Below the pieces are notes generated by a model. It was not told where the DNA came from. It saw nothing but the letters and a program-made list of their open reading frames with translations, and ran no database searches. A program made the translations under genes and the position numbers. DNA of 64,000 nucleotides from an uncultured delta proteobacterium. Lineage in GTDB: Bacteria > Desulfobacterota > Binatia > UBA9968. This document shows, in pieces, positions 55,306 through 64,000 of the stretch; position 1 is the first letter of the stretch, and every line of letters starts with the position of its first letter. Where the stretch lies: positions 256,001-320,000 of the forward strand of contig CAVUVW010000021.1 in NCBI GenBank assembly GCA_963745035.1, read 5' to 3'.

Positions 55306-56167
55306 ATGACATCACCTATGATCGGCGTAATCGGCGGCAGCGGCCTATACCAGATGGCCGGGCTCGATAGAGTCCGCGAAGTGAGCGTTGCCACGCCCTT
55401 TGGCAAGCCTTCGGACAGGCTGATTCGCGGCCAGCTCGGCAAAACCGAACTGATTTTCTTGCCGCGCCACGGCAAGGGCCATCGCTGGCTCCCCACCGAA
55501 GTAAATTTTCGCGCCAATATTTTTGCGCTGAAAAAGCTCGGCGTGGAACGGATTATTTCGGTCAGCGCGGTCGGCAGTTTGCGTGAGGAGATCGCGCCCG
55601 GACACGTCGTCGTGCCGGATCAATTTATCGATCGCACGACCCAACGGCCGAGCACTTTTTTCGGCAAGGGCATCGTCGCGCACGTGAGCCTGGCTGAGCC
55701 GTTTTGCAAGCATCTTGCCGGCGTGCTGGTCGAAGCGGCTCGAACCGAAAAATCCACCGTCCATGCCGGCGGAACCTATCTCTGCATGGAGGGGCCGCAG
55801 TTTTCGACCCGGGCCGAATCGCATCTTTACCGGAGCTGGAATGCGCACGTGATCGGCATGACCAATCTGCAGGAGGCCAAGCTCGCGCGTGAGGCGGAAA
55901 TCTGCTTCAGCACCTTGGCGCTCGCCACCGATTACGATTGCTGGAACGAGAGCGCCGGCGACGTCGAAATCGAGCACGTGCTCGCCGTGCTCAAGAACAA
56001 CGTGGAGCTGGCTCAGCGAACTATCCGGCGGGCTGTCGGCAGGGTTGGGCGAGGCGCGTACCTGTGCCTGTGCCTCGGCGTTGAAGGATGCTATCATCAC
56101 GGAACGTTCGCGCATCCCGAAAAAACTGCGGGCGGACTTGCGCCCGATCATTGGAAAATATCTATGA
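55306..56167 (+). CDS. mtnP: 5'-methylthioadenosine phosphorylase, frameshift near 56045
   Basis: GGSGLY, PRHG, EGPQFSTRAES, GMT, ATDYDCW; true C-terminus CACASALKDAII...KYL in ORF 55889..56167. Confidence 0.9.
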
Positions 56168-57069
56168 GCGTACTCGTCGTCGGCACAGTGGCTTTTGACT
56201 CGATTGAAACCCCGTTCGGTTCGGCCGAGCGGATCCTCGGCGGCTCGGCGGCCTATTTTGCGCTGGGAGCGAGCTTCTTCGCTCCGGTGCGCGTGGTCGG
56301 AGTGATCGGCGAGGACTTTCCCCAGGATTATATCGATGTCTTCACCCAGAGAAAGATCGATCTCGAAGGCCTCGAGCGGGCGCAGGGAGATACCTTCCAC
56401 TGGCGCGGCCGCTATCATGAAGACATCAACTTGCGCGATACCGTCGAGCTTCATTTGAACGTCCTGGCCGGCTTTCAGCCCAAGCTGCCGGAATCCTATC
56501 GTGATGCCGAATACGTTTTCCTTGGCAATATCGATCCGGCCATGCAGATGGAAGTGCTCAATCAGCTCCGCCGCCTGAAGCTGGTCGCCTGCGACACGAT
56601 GGACCACTGGATTCGCGAGAGCCCGCAGGAGCTCAGAAAGGTGCTGGAGCGCATCGAAATCCTGGTCGTCAACGACTCCGAGGCGCGGCTCTTGAGCGGC
56701 AACGAAAACATCGTCAAGGCGGCGCGGGCGATCCTCAAGATGGGTCCGAAGATGGTGCTGATCAAGCGCGGCGAGTACGGCGTGCTGCAATTTTCCGATT
56801 CGTCCATGTTCGCCACCCCAGCCTACCCGCTAGAGGAAGTTTTCGATCCGACCGGCGCCGGCGACTCGTTCGCCGGCGGCTTCATGGGCCAGCTCGCCCG
56901 CTCGGGCGATCAAAGCCAGGGCGGCTTGCGCCGCGCGATCGTCTACGGCACGGTGGTGGCGTCCTTCACCGTCGAGGATTTTGGCGTCAAGCGCTTGACC
57001 GAGCTCTCCATGGCCGAGGTCGAAGAGCGCTATCGGCGCTTCGTCGAGTTGACTGATTTCCGTTCTTGA
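56164..57069 (+). CDS. PfkB family carbohydrate/nucleoside kinase
   Basis: MSVLVVGTVAFD, GGSA, DPTGAGDSFAGG. Confidence 0.9.
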   Translation: MSVLVVGTVAFDSIETPFGSAERILGGSAAYFALGASFFAPVRVVGVIGEDFPQDYIDVFTQRKIDLEGLERAQGDTFHWRGRYHEDINLRDTVELHLNVLAGFQPKLPESYRDAEYVFLGNIDPAMQMEVLNQLRRLKLVACDTMDHWIRESPQELRKVLERIEILVVNDSEARLLSGNENIVKAARAILKMGPKMVLIKRGEYGVLQFSDSSMFATPAYPLEEVFDPTGAGDSFAGGFMGQLARSGDQSQGGLRRAIVYGTVVASFTVEDFGVKRLTELSMAEVEERYRRFVELTDFRS

Positions 57070-57072
57070 GCG

Positions 57073-58026
57073 ATGGAGCTGTCGATCGTACTCCCGGTTT
57101 TCAACGAAGAGGAAAACCTCGAGCCATTGCTCGGCGAGATTCGCCGTGCGCTCGCGCCGGCGACGAAATCCTACGAGATTATCGCGATCGACGACGGCAG
57201 CACGGACGGCACGTTTGCCGTGCTGCGACGCCTATATCGCTGCGATCCCGCTCTCCACATCATCCGCCTGAAGCGCAACTTCGGCCAAACCGCCGCTTTG
57301 GCGGCCGGCTTGGCGTACGCTAGCGGCGAGGTCGTCGTGCTGATGGACGGCGATGGTCAGAACGATCCGGCCGACATACCGGCGCTGCTGGCCAAGCTCC
57401 GCGAGGGAAACGATCTGGTGGCGGGCTGGCGCCACGACCGCAAGGACCCGTTTTTCAGCCGGCGTTTGCCTTCAATGATCGCCAACCGTCTGATATCTTG
57501 GACGACAAAAGTGAAATTGCACGATTACGGCTGCACGCTGAAGGCCATGCGCAAGGAGATTGCGAAGGGCTTGCGGCTCTACGGCGAGATGCATCGATTC
57601 ATTCCGGCGATCGCCTACGAGAGAGGCGCGCGGGTGGCCGAGCTCAAGGTCAATCACCGGCCGCGCCTGCGCGGCATATCGAAGTACGGCATGAGCCGAA
57701 CCTTGCGCGTGGCGCTGGATCTGATGACGGTCAAATTTTTGAGCAGCTATTCGACCCGGCCCGCGCACGTGTTCGGGCTCATCGGCGTTGTCAGCGGGCT
57801 CAGCGGATTTGTCATTGCGCTCTATTTGACCATCCAAAAGTTCGCTTATGACGTCGAGCTCGGCAGCCGGCCGCTGCTGCTGCTGGCGATTCTGCTGATC
57901 TTCATTGGCATTCAGTTCGTCACCATGGGACTATTGGGGGAAATGCTGGCGCGGACCTATCATGAGTCCCAGGACCGGTCGGTTTACGTCGTCGGCGAAA
58001 TACTTCAAGGCGGAGGCTCTACATGA
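57073..58026 (+). CDS. GT2 glycosyltransferase (ArnC/DPM-synthase-like, two C-terminal TMs)
   Basis: PVFNEEE, DDGSTD, RNFGQ, MDGDGQND. Confidence 0.9.
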   Translation: MELSIVLPVFNEEENLEPLLGEIRRALAPATKSYEIIAIDDGSTDGTFAVLRRLYRCDPALHIIRLKRNFGQTAALAAGLAYASGEVVVLMDGDGQNDPADIPALLAKLREGNDLVAGWRHDRKDPFFSRRLPSMIANRLISWTTKVKLHDYGCTLKAMRKEIAKGLRLYGEMHRFIPAIAYERGARVAELKVNHRPRLRGISKYGMSRTLRVALDLMTVKFLSSYSTRPAHVFGLIGVVSGLSGFVIALYLTIQKFAYDVELGSRPLLLLAILLIFIGIQFVTMGLLGEMLARTYHESQDRSVYVVGEILQGGGST

Positions 58027-59327
58027 ACTTGGCGGTGATTGGCGTCGGGTACGTGGGTTTGGTGGCGGGCACGTGCTTCGCGGAGAGCGGCAACGAAGTG
58101 ATCTGCGTCGATATCGATCAGAAAAAGATCGACATGCTCAAGAGCGGCAAGGTGCCGATCTATGAGCCGGGCCTCGAAGAAATGGTCCGGCGCAACGCCG
58201 CGGAGCAGCGCCTGCTCTTCAGCACCGACGTCGCGGCGGCGATCAAGAAATCGCCGATCATCTTTATCGCCGTCGGTACTCCTCAGGGCGAGAAAGGCAA
58301 CGCCAATCTCGCCTACGTGCGGGCGACCGCCGAGAGCATCGGCAAGGCGATGGATTCCTTCCGCGTGGTCGTGATCAAGAGCACGGTTCCGGTCGGCACC
58401 GCCGATCAAGTGAAGCGCTGGATCGGCGCCGAGACCCAACAGCCCTTTGCGGTGGTTTCCAATCCGGAATTTCTGAAAGAAGGCGCCGCCGTGGAAGACT
58501 TTATGAAACCCGATCGGGTCGTGCTCGGCGGCGATCATGCCGATGCGCTGGCGGCGGTGCAGGAGCTTTATGAGCCGTTTGTTCGCACCGGCAATCCGAT
58601 CCTGACGATGGACAGCCGCAGCGCCGAGATGAGCAAGTACGCTTCCAACGCCATGCTGGCCACCAAGATTTCCTTCATCAACGAGGTGTCCCGGCTTTGC
58701 GAGCACATGAACGCCGATATCGGCGAGGTGCGGCGCGCGATCAGCCTGGACCGTCGCATCGGTCCGCATTTTATTTTCCCGGGCGTCGGTTACGGCGGTT
58801 CCTGTTTTCCGAAAGACATCCGGGCAATGATCGGCATGGGCGGCGACGAACCGGAGATGGTTTTGCTCAAGTCGGTCGAGGCGGTGAACGAGCGGCAAAA
58901 GGGTTTGTTGGTAGAAAAGGTCAAGCGCCACTTCGGCGCCGAGTTGTCCAACTTGACGTTGGCCGTTTGGGGACTGGCGTTCAAGCCGAGAACCGATGAT
59001 ATGCGCGACGCTCCGGCGATTACGGTCATCGAATCCCTGCTGCAGGCGGGCACGCGGGTGCAGGCGTTTGATCCCGAGGCGATGGAGGAGGCGAGAAAGA
59101 TTTTCGGTGATCGGATCCAGTATACGCACCGCAACTACGACGCGCTTCACGGCGCATCGGGACTGCTCATTCTCACCGAATGGAATGAATTTCGCCGGCC
59201 GGATTTCGCGCGCATCAAGGGCTTGCTGCGCCAGCCGGTGATTTTCGACGGGCGCAACATTTACGATGCCGCCGACCTGCAGAAGCTTGGCTTTACCTAC
59301 TACTCGATAGGACGAAACCATGGCTAG
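58023..59327 (+). CDS. ugd: UDP-glucose 6-dehydrogenase
   Basis: [29 protein letters not shown]. Confidence 0.93.
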   Translation: MNLAVIGVGYVGLVAGTCFAESGNEVICVDIDQKKIDMLKSGKVPIYEPGLEEMVRRNAAEQRLLFSTDVAAAIKKSPIIFIAVGTPQGEKGNANLAYVRATAESIGKAMDSFRVVVIKSTVPVGTADQVKRWIGAETQQPFAVVSNPEFLKEGAAVEDFMKPDRVVLGGDHADALAAVQELYEPFVRTGNPILTMDSRSAEMSKYASNAMLATKISFINEVSRLCEHMNADIGEVRRAISLDRRIGPHFIFPGVGYGGSCFPKDIRAMIGMGGDEPEMVLLKSVEAVNERQKGLLVEKVKRHFGAELSNLTLAVWGLAFKPRTDDMRDAPAITVIESLLQAGTRVQAFDPEAMEEARKIFGDRIQYTHRNYDALHGASGLLILTEWNEFRRPDFARIKGLLRQPVIFDGRNIYDAADLQKLGFTYYSIGRNHG

Positions 59328-60267
59328 ATATCTCGTGACCGGCGGCGCCGGCTTCATCGGCTCGCACCTGTGTGAGAGCTTCCTTGGCCAGGGGCACGAG
59401 GTGCTCTGCATGGACAACTATTCGACCGGCGCCAAGCAGAACGTCGGCGCCTTTCTCAAAAATCCGCGCTTTCGGTTCATCGATCACAACGTCAGCCGCT
59501 ATATCGAAGTGCCGGAGCCGCTCGATTACATTCTCCACTTCGCCTCGCCGGCAAGCCCGGTGGATTATCTGGAGCTGCCGATCCCGACTCTGAAGGTCGG
59601 CGCCCTGGGCACCCACAACACTTTGGGCCTCGCCAAAGCCAAGGGCGCGGTCTATCTGCTCGCGTCGACCTCCGAAGTGTACGGCGATCCGCTGGTCAGG
59701 CCGCAAACCGAGGAATATTGGGGCAACGTCAATCCGATCGGACCGCGGGGCGTGTACGATGAAGCCAAGCGCTTCGCCGAAGCGATGACCATGGCCTATC
59801 ATCGCTATCACGGGCTCGACACGCGCATTGTGCGAATCTTCAACACCTACGGCCCGCGCATGCGCTTGCACGACGGCCGGGTGGTGCCGAACTTTATCAT
59901 GCAGGCGCTCAAGGGCGAGCCGCTCACCGTCTACGGCCAAGGCCAGCAGACGAGAAGCTTTCAGTACGTCGACGATCTGGTCGACGGGCTCAACAAGCTG
60001 CTCACCACCGATCATCATCTGCCGGTCAATATCGGCAATCCGCACGAGATGACCGTGCTCGAATTCGCCGAGCGCATCATCAAGCTCACCAAATCGAAGA
60101 GCAAGATCGTTTACAAGCCGCTGCCCGAAGACGATCCGCAGGTGCGCCAGCCCGATATCGCCAAAGCCCGGAAAATTCTCGGCTGGGAGCCCAAGGTCGA
60201 GCTGGAAGAGGGGCTGGCGAAAACCATCGAATATTTCCGCGCCCGCCTGATGGAGCAAAAAACGTGA
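59320..60267 (+). CDS. UDP-glucuronate decarboxylase (UXS-like SDR)
   Basis: [35 protein letters not shown]. Confidence 0.9.
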   Translation: MARYLVTGGAGFIGSHLCESFLGQGHEVLCMDNYSTGAKQNVGAFLKNPRFRFIDHNVSRYIEVPEPLDYILHFASPASPVDYLELPIPTLKVGALGTHNTLGLAKAKGAVYLLASTSEVYGDPLVRPQTEEYWGNVNPIGPRGVYDEAKRFAEAMTMAYHRYHGLDTRIVRIFNTYGPRMRLHDGRVVPNFIMQALKGEPLTVYGQGQQTRSFQYVDDLVDGLNKLLTTDHHLPVNIGNPHEMTVLEFAERIIKLTKSKSKIVYKPLPEDDPQVRQPDIAKARKILGWEPKVELEEGLAKTIEYFRARLMEQKT

Positions 60268-61190
60268 AGATTCTCGTCACCGGCGGCGCGGGATTCATCG
60301 GCTCGAACATCGTCGATGCCTATCTCGAGCGCGGCCACGAAGTGCATGTTCTCGACGACCTCTCCACCGGGCAACGGAGCAATCTCGACTCGCGCGCGAA
60401 GCTGCACGAAATCGATATCGCCAGCCCGGAAGCGGCGCGGCTGGTCGAGAGCATCAAGCCCGAGGTCTTGAGCCATCACGCGGCGCAGATGGACGTGCGC
60501 CACTCGGTGGCGGACCCGTGCTTCGATGCACGGGTCAATATTCTCGGCTTTATCAATCTGCTGGAAGGGGCGAAAAGCGCCGGCGTCAAAAAAGTGATCT
60601 TCGCTTCTTCGGGAGGCGCGGTGTACGGCGAGCAGGATGTGTTCCCCGCCGACGAAGAGCACGCGACCCGGCCGACAAGTCCCTACGGCGTGAGCAAACG
60701 GTCCGGCGAGCTGTATCTTTCTTATTATCAGCAGGCCTTCGGCCTGCCGTACATCGCGCTCCGCTACGCCAACATTTACGGCCCGCGCCAATCGGCCAAA
60801 GGCGAAGCCGGCGTGGTGGCGATTTTCCTGTCGCTGCTGCTTGGCGGGAAAATTCCGGTGATCAACGGCGACGGCGGGCAGACACGGGATTACGTGTACG
60901 TCGGCGACGTGGTCGCCGCCAACGTCGCGGCGCTCGAATCGTCCTTCGTCGGCCCGGTCAACATCGGCACCGGCGTCGAGACCGACGTGGTGCGGCTTTT
61001 TCAGCATCTGCGCGAGGCGGTCGGCAGCCCGATCGAAGCTACGCACGGCCCGGCCAAGCCCGGCGAGCAGCGGCGCAGCTCTCTCGATGCGCGGCGGGCA
61101 GGGGAAGTGCTCGGCTGGCGCCCGCGCATGGTCCTGGCGGACGGGCTGCGGCGCACGGCCGAATATTATCGCGAAACCGCCGGCCGATGA
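60264..61190 (+). CDS. NAD-dependent epimerase/dehydratase (UDP-glucose 4-epimerase-like)
   Basis: [27 protein letters not shown]. Confidence 0.88.
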   Translation: MKILVTGGAGFIGSNIVDAYLERGHEVHVLDDLSTGQRSNLDSRAKLHEIDIASPEAARLVESIKPEVLSHHAAQMDVRHSVADPCFDARVNILGFINLLEGAKSAGVKKVIFASSGGAVYGEQDVFPADEEHATRPTSPYGVSKRSGELYLSYYQQAFGLPYIALRYANIYGPRQSAKGEAGVVAIFLSLLLGGKIPVINGDGGQTRDYVYVGDVVAANVAALESSFVGPVNIGTGVETDVVRLFQHLREAVGSPIEATHGPAKPGEQRRSSLDARRAGEVLGWRPRMVLADGLRRTAEYYRETAGR

Positions 61191-62980
61191 CCCTCGATCA
61201 CATCCGAAATTTTTCCATCATCGCGCACATCGATCACGGCAAGTCGACCCTGGCGGACCGGCTGCTCGAGTTTACCGGCGCGGTGAGCGCGCGCGAGAGG
61301 ACCGACCAAATTCTCGACAGCATGGAACTCGAGCGCGAGCGCGGCATCACCATCAAGGCGAGCCCGGTGTGCCTGAGCTACCGGGCCAAGGACGGCAAGG
61401 AGTACAAGCTCAATCTCATCGACACGCCCGGCCACGTCGATTTTACCTATGAAGTCTCGCGCAGCCTGGCTGCCTGCGAGGGCGCGTTGCTGGTGGTGGA
61501 TGCCGCCCAAGGCGTGGAGGCGCAGACCGTCGCTAACGTGCACATGGCGCTGGATCACAATCTGGAAATACTGCCGGTCATCAACAAGATCGACCTGCCC
61601 AGCGCCGAGCCGGAGCGGGTCAAGGGCGAGATCGAAGAGGTGATCGGTCTCGACGCCTCAAGCTCGGTGATGGCCAGCGCCAAAGAGGGCATCGGCACCG
61701 AGGACATTCTCGAAGGTATCATCCGGCACTTTCCACCGCCCACGGGCGATCCCGCGGGGCCGCTGCGCGCGCTTATCGTCGATAGCTGGTTCGATCCCTA
61801 CCACGGCGCCGTTGTCATGACCCGGGTATTCGACGGCACGATAAAAAAGGGAACGCAAATTCGCATGATGGCGAGTGGTAATGCCTTCGAAGTGCTGCGC
61901 GTCGGAGTATTCTCACCCGTGCCCGTCGAGGTGGCGGAGCTGAGAGCCGGCGAGGTCGGTTTTTTCATGGCGGGTATAAAAGAAGTCGCCGAGACGCAGA
62001 TCGGCGACACGGTGACGACCGATGATCGTCCGAGCGATGCACCCTTGCCTGGCTTCAAGCCGATGAAGCCAATGGTCTTCAGCGGGCTCTATCCGACCGA
62101 ATCCGGGCAGTACCAGGCGCTGCGCGATGCATTGGAAAAGCTTCGGCTGAACGATTCATCGTTTACCTATGAGCCGGAGACTTCCCAGGCTTTGGGGTTC
62201 GGCTTTCGCTGTGGGTTTCTCGGCTTGCTTCACATGGACATCGTGCGCGAGCGGCTCGAGCGCGAGTTCGGCCTTAGTCTGATCACCACAGCGGCGACGG
62301 TTATTTACCGCGTCGTGACCATGACCGGTGAAGTCGTCATGATCGATAATCCTGTCAGGCTGCCCAACGAAGGCGAGATCGAGCGAATAGAGGAGCCGGT
62401 GATCCAAGCATCACTCCATCTACCCCAGGAGTTTCTCGGCGGCGTGCTCAAGATCTGCGAAGAAAAGCGCGGTATGCAGAAGGAGATCCGCTATCTCGGC
62501 CCGAAACGCGTGGTGCTGGTCTACGAGTTGCCGCTCAACGAGATTGTGGTAGATTTTTATGATAGGTTGAAGTCGGTCAGCCGCGGCTATGCTTCGATGG
62601 ATTATGAAATCGCCGGCTACCGCGCCGCGGACCTCGTCAAGCTCGACGTGCGCATCAACGGCGACGTGGTCGATGCCATGTCGATGATCGTTCATCGTGA
62701 CAAGGCCTACCACCGCGGCCGCGACCTGGTGCAGAAAATGCGCGAGCTGATTCCCCGGCAGCTTTTCGAGGTGGTGATCCAAGCGGCCATCGGCAGCCGA
62801 GTGATCTCGCGCGAAGCGGTGAAGGCGCTGCGCAAAAACGTGACGGCGAAATGCTACGGCGGGGACATCACCCGCAAACGCAAGCTTCTGGAGCGCCAAA
62901 AGGAAGGCAAGAAGCGCATGAAGCAGGTCGGCAAGGTGGAAATTCCCCAGGAGGCATTTCTCGCCGCCCTGAAAGTGTAG
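61187..62980 (+). CDS. lepA: Elongation factor 4
   Basis: [41 protein letters not shown]. Confidence 0.97.
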   Translation: MTLDHIRNFSIIAHIDHGKSTLADRLLEFTGAVSARERTDQILDSMELERERGITIKASPVCLSYRAKDGKEYKLNLIDTPGHVDFTYEVSRSLAACEGALLVVDAAQGVEAQTVANVHMALDHNLEILPVINKIDLPSAEPERVKGEIEEVIGLDASSSVMASAKEGIGTEDILEGIIRHFPPPTGDPAGPLRALIVDSWFDPYHGAVVMTRVFDGTIKKGTQIRMMASGNAFEVLRVGVFSPVPVEVAELRAGEVGFFMAGIKEVAETQIGDTVTTDDRPSDAPLPGFKPMKPMVFSGLYPTESGQYQALRDALEKLRLNDSSFTYEPETSQALGFGFRCGFLGLLHMDIVRERLEREFGLSLITTAATVIYRVVTMTGEVVMIDNPVRLPNEGEIERIEEPVIQASLHLPQEFLGGVLKICEEKRGMQKEIRYLGPKRVVLVYELPLNEIVVDFYDRLKSVSRGYASMDYEIAGYRAADLVKLDVRINGDVVDAMSMIVHRDKAYHRGRDLVQKMRELIPRQLFEVVIQAAIGSRVISREAVKALRKNVTAKCYGGDITRKRKLLERQKEGKKRMKQVGKVEIPQEAFLAALKV

Positions 62981-62992
62981 CGCGCAAATCTT

Positions 62993-63661
62993 ATGGCGCC
63001 GGACAAGGTAAACAAGGTGAAAGATCAAAGCATGACCGATCATCCGGAGACGGAGAAGACCAAGTCGGCGTTTCGCGAGTACGCGGAAGCCATCCTCATG
63101 GCGCTCGTCCTGGCGCTGTTTATCCGGACGTTCATCGTGCAGGCGTTCAAGATTCCTTCAGGTTCGATGATTCCGACCTTGGAGATCGGCGACCATATTC
63201 TCGTCAACAAGCTCGCCTACGGTTTGCGTATACCGTTCCTCGAACGGTATCTCGCGCAGTACGGCGACCCGCAGCGAAACGACGTTGTCGTCTTTATTTA
63301 CCCGGAGGACCGTTCCAAGGATTTCATCAAGCGGGTCATCGCCGTCGCCGGCGACACGGTGGAGCTGCGCGACAAGAAGGTTTTCATCAACGGCAAGCAG
63401 GTGGAGGATTCGCACGGCCATTTCATGGGGTACGATCCGCAGGCTGGGGGGGTGGGCAGCGGCGACGACTACGGTCCGAAAACCGTGCCGCAAAATCACA
63501 TTTTCGTGATGGGCGACAACCGCGATCGCAGCTACGACAGCCGCTTCTGGGGCTTCGTCGATCTGAACGAAGTGCGCGGCAAGGCGTTTTTGATCTACTG
63601 GTCATGGGACGGCACCGACCGCTGGGTGCGCTGGGAGCGGCTCGGCGATTTGATCTACTGA
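62993..63661 (+). CDS. lepB: Signal peptidase I
   Basis: IPSGSM, FIKRV, GDNRDRSYDSRFWG. Confidence 0.95.
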   Translation: MAPDKVNKVKDQSMTDHPETEKTKSAFREYAEAILMALVLALFIRTFIVQAFKIPSGSMIPTLEIGDHILVNKLAYGLRIPFLERYLAQYGDPQRNDVVVFIYPEDRSKDFIKRVIAVAGDTVELRDKKVFINGKQVEDSHGHFMGYDPQAGGVGSGDDYGPKTVPQNHIFVMGDNRDRSYDSRFWGFVDLNEVRGKAFLIYWSWDGTDRWVRWERLGDLIY

Positions 63662-63693
63662 GGCGGCGGCGGGAAGAGCTCAAGAGCAAAACG

Positions 63694-63969
63694 ATGAAAA
63701 TTGTTCTGACGGCGTGGTCGGGGTTGATTCTCCTGCTGGTGGTTTTGAATATTCTCATCGCCATGGGCAATCAGTCGATTCAAGCCGAGGTCGCCGAGCG
63801 CCAACAGGACATCGCGCAGACCATCCAACTGGAAACGCTCAATCGCCAGCTCATTACCGTGCTGGCCAATATGGCGCTCAAGACCAACGACGAACGGCTG
63901 AAAAAATTGCTGGCCGAGACCGGCATCAATCTGGATGCGGCGCCCGAAGGAGCGCCGGCGAAGAAGTGA
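63694..63969 (+). CDS. Hypothetical small membrane-anchored coiled-coil protein
   Basis: MKIVLTAWSGLILLLVVLNILIA followed by a helical region. Confidence 0.6.
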   Translation: MKIVLTAWSGLILLLVVLNILIAMGNQSIQAEVAERQQDIAQTIQLETLNRQLITVLANMALKTNDERLKKLLAETGINLDAAPEGAPAKK

Positions 63970-64000
63970 GGGAGCATGGCGGACGAGATCGAGAGGGTTG

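Noticed and set aside
55306-57069. Apparent MtnP-PfkB fusion (587 aa)
   Set aside because: The natural MtnP C-terminus is in another frame (55889..56167) and ends in an ATGA overlap with the kinase start, so a single indel explains the fusion.
60518-61186. N-terminal extension of LepA (820-aa ORF)
   Set aside because: It is an alternative frame of the epimerase gene; LepA begins at MTLDHIRNF (61187).

Overview
GC-rich bacterial chromosome segment. The gene repertoire (aceEF-lpd, TctC/Bug, amidohydrolases, LLM monooxygenase, ccm system I, icd-mdh-sucCD-ndk-rlmN-mtnP) suggests a deltaproteobacterial-type organism such as Candidatus Binatia; this is inference, not a search result. Most of the window is housekeeping: PDH operon plus lplA, thrB, a cold-shock gene, a lone nuoB, ubiE and a polyprenyl synthase, valS-nadC-birA-coaX-fusA2, a catabolic cluster, ccmABCDEF-G-H, TCA genes, nucleotide-sugar genes and lepA-lepB. 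Many genes carry single-base frameshifts that look like long-read errors. The main finding is two very small islands with no integrase gene: about 3.4 kb at tRNA-Met(CAT), with a degraded sister copy next to it, and about 1.36 kb at tRNA-Leu(CAG). Both keep a duplicated tRNA 3' end and their own repeated arm-type motifs. Both carry a homologue of the same unrecognised 103-aa 'WPP...EIGDL' protein behind a similar sigma70-like promoter with almost no leader, and a third, divergent member appears in the Met island. The Met island is built from repeated terS-like / Zn-finger / terL-start modules with a variable antisense cargo slot.
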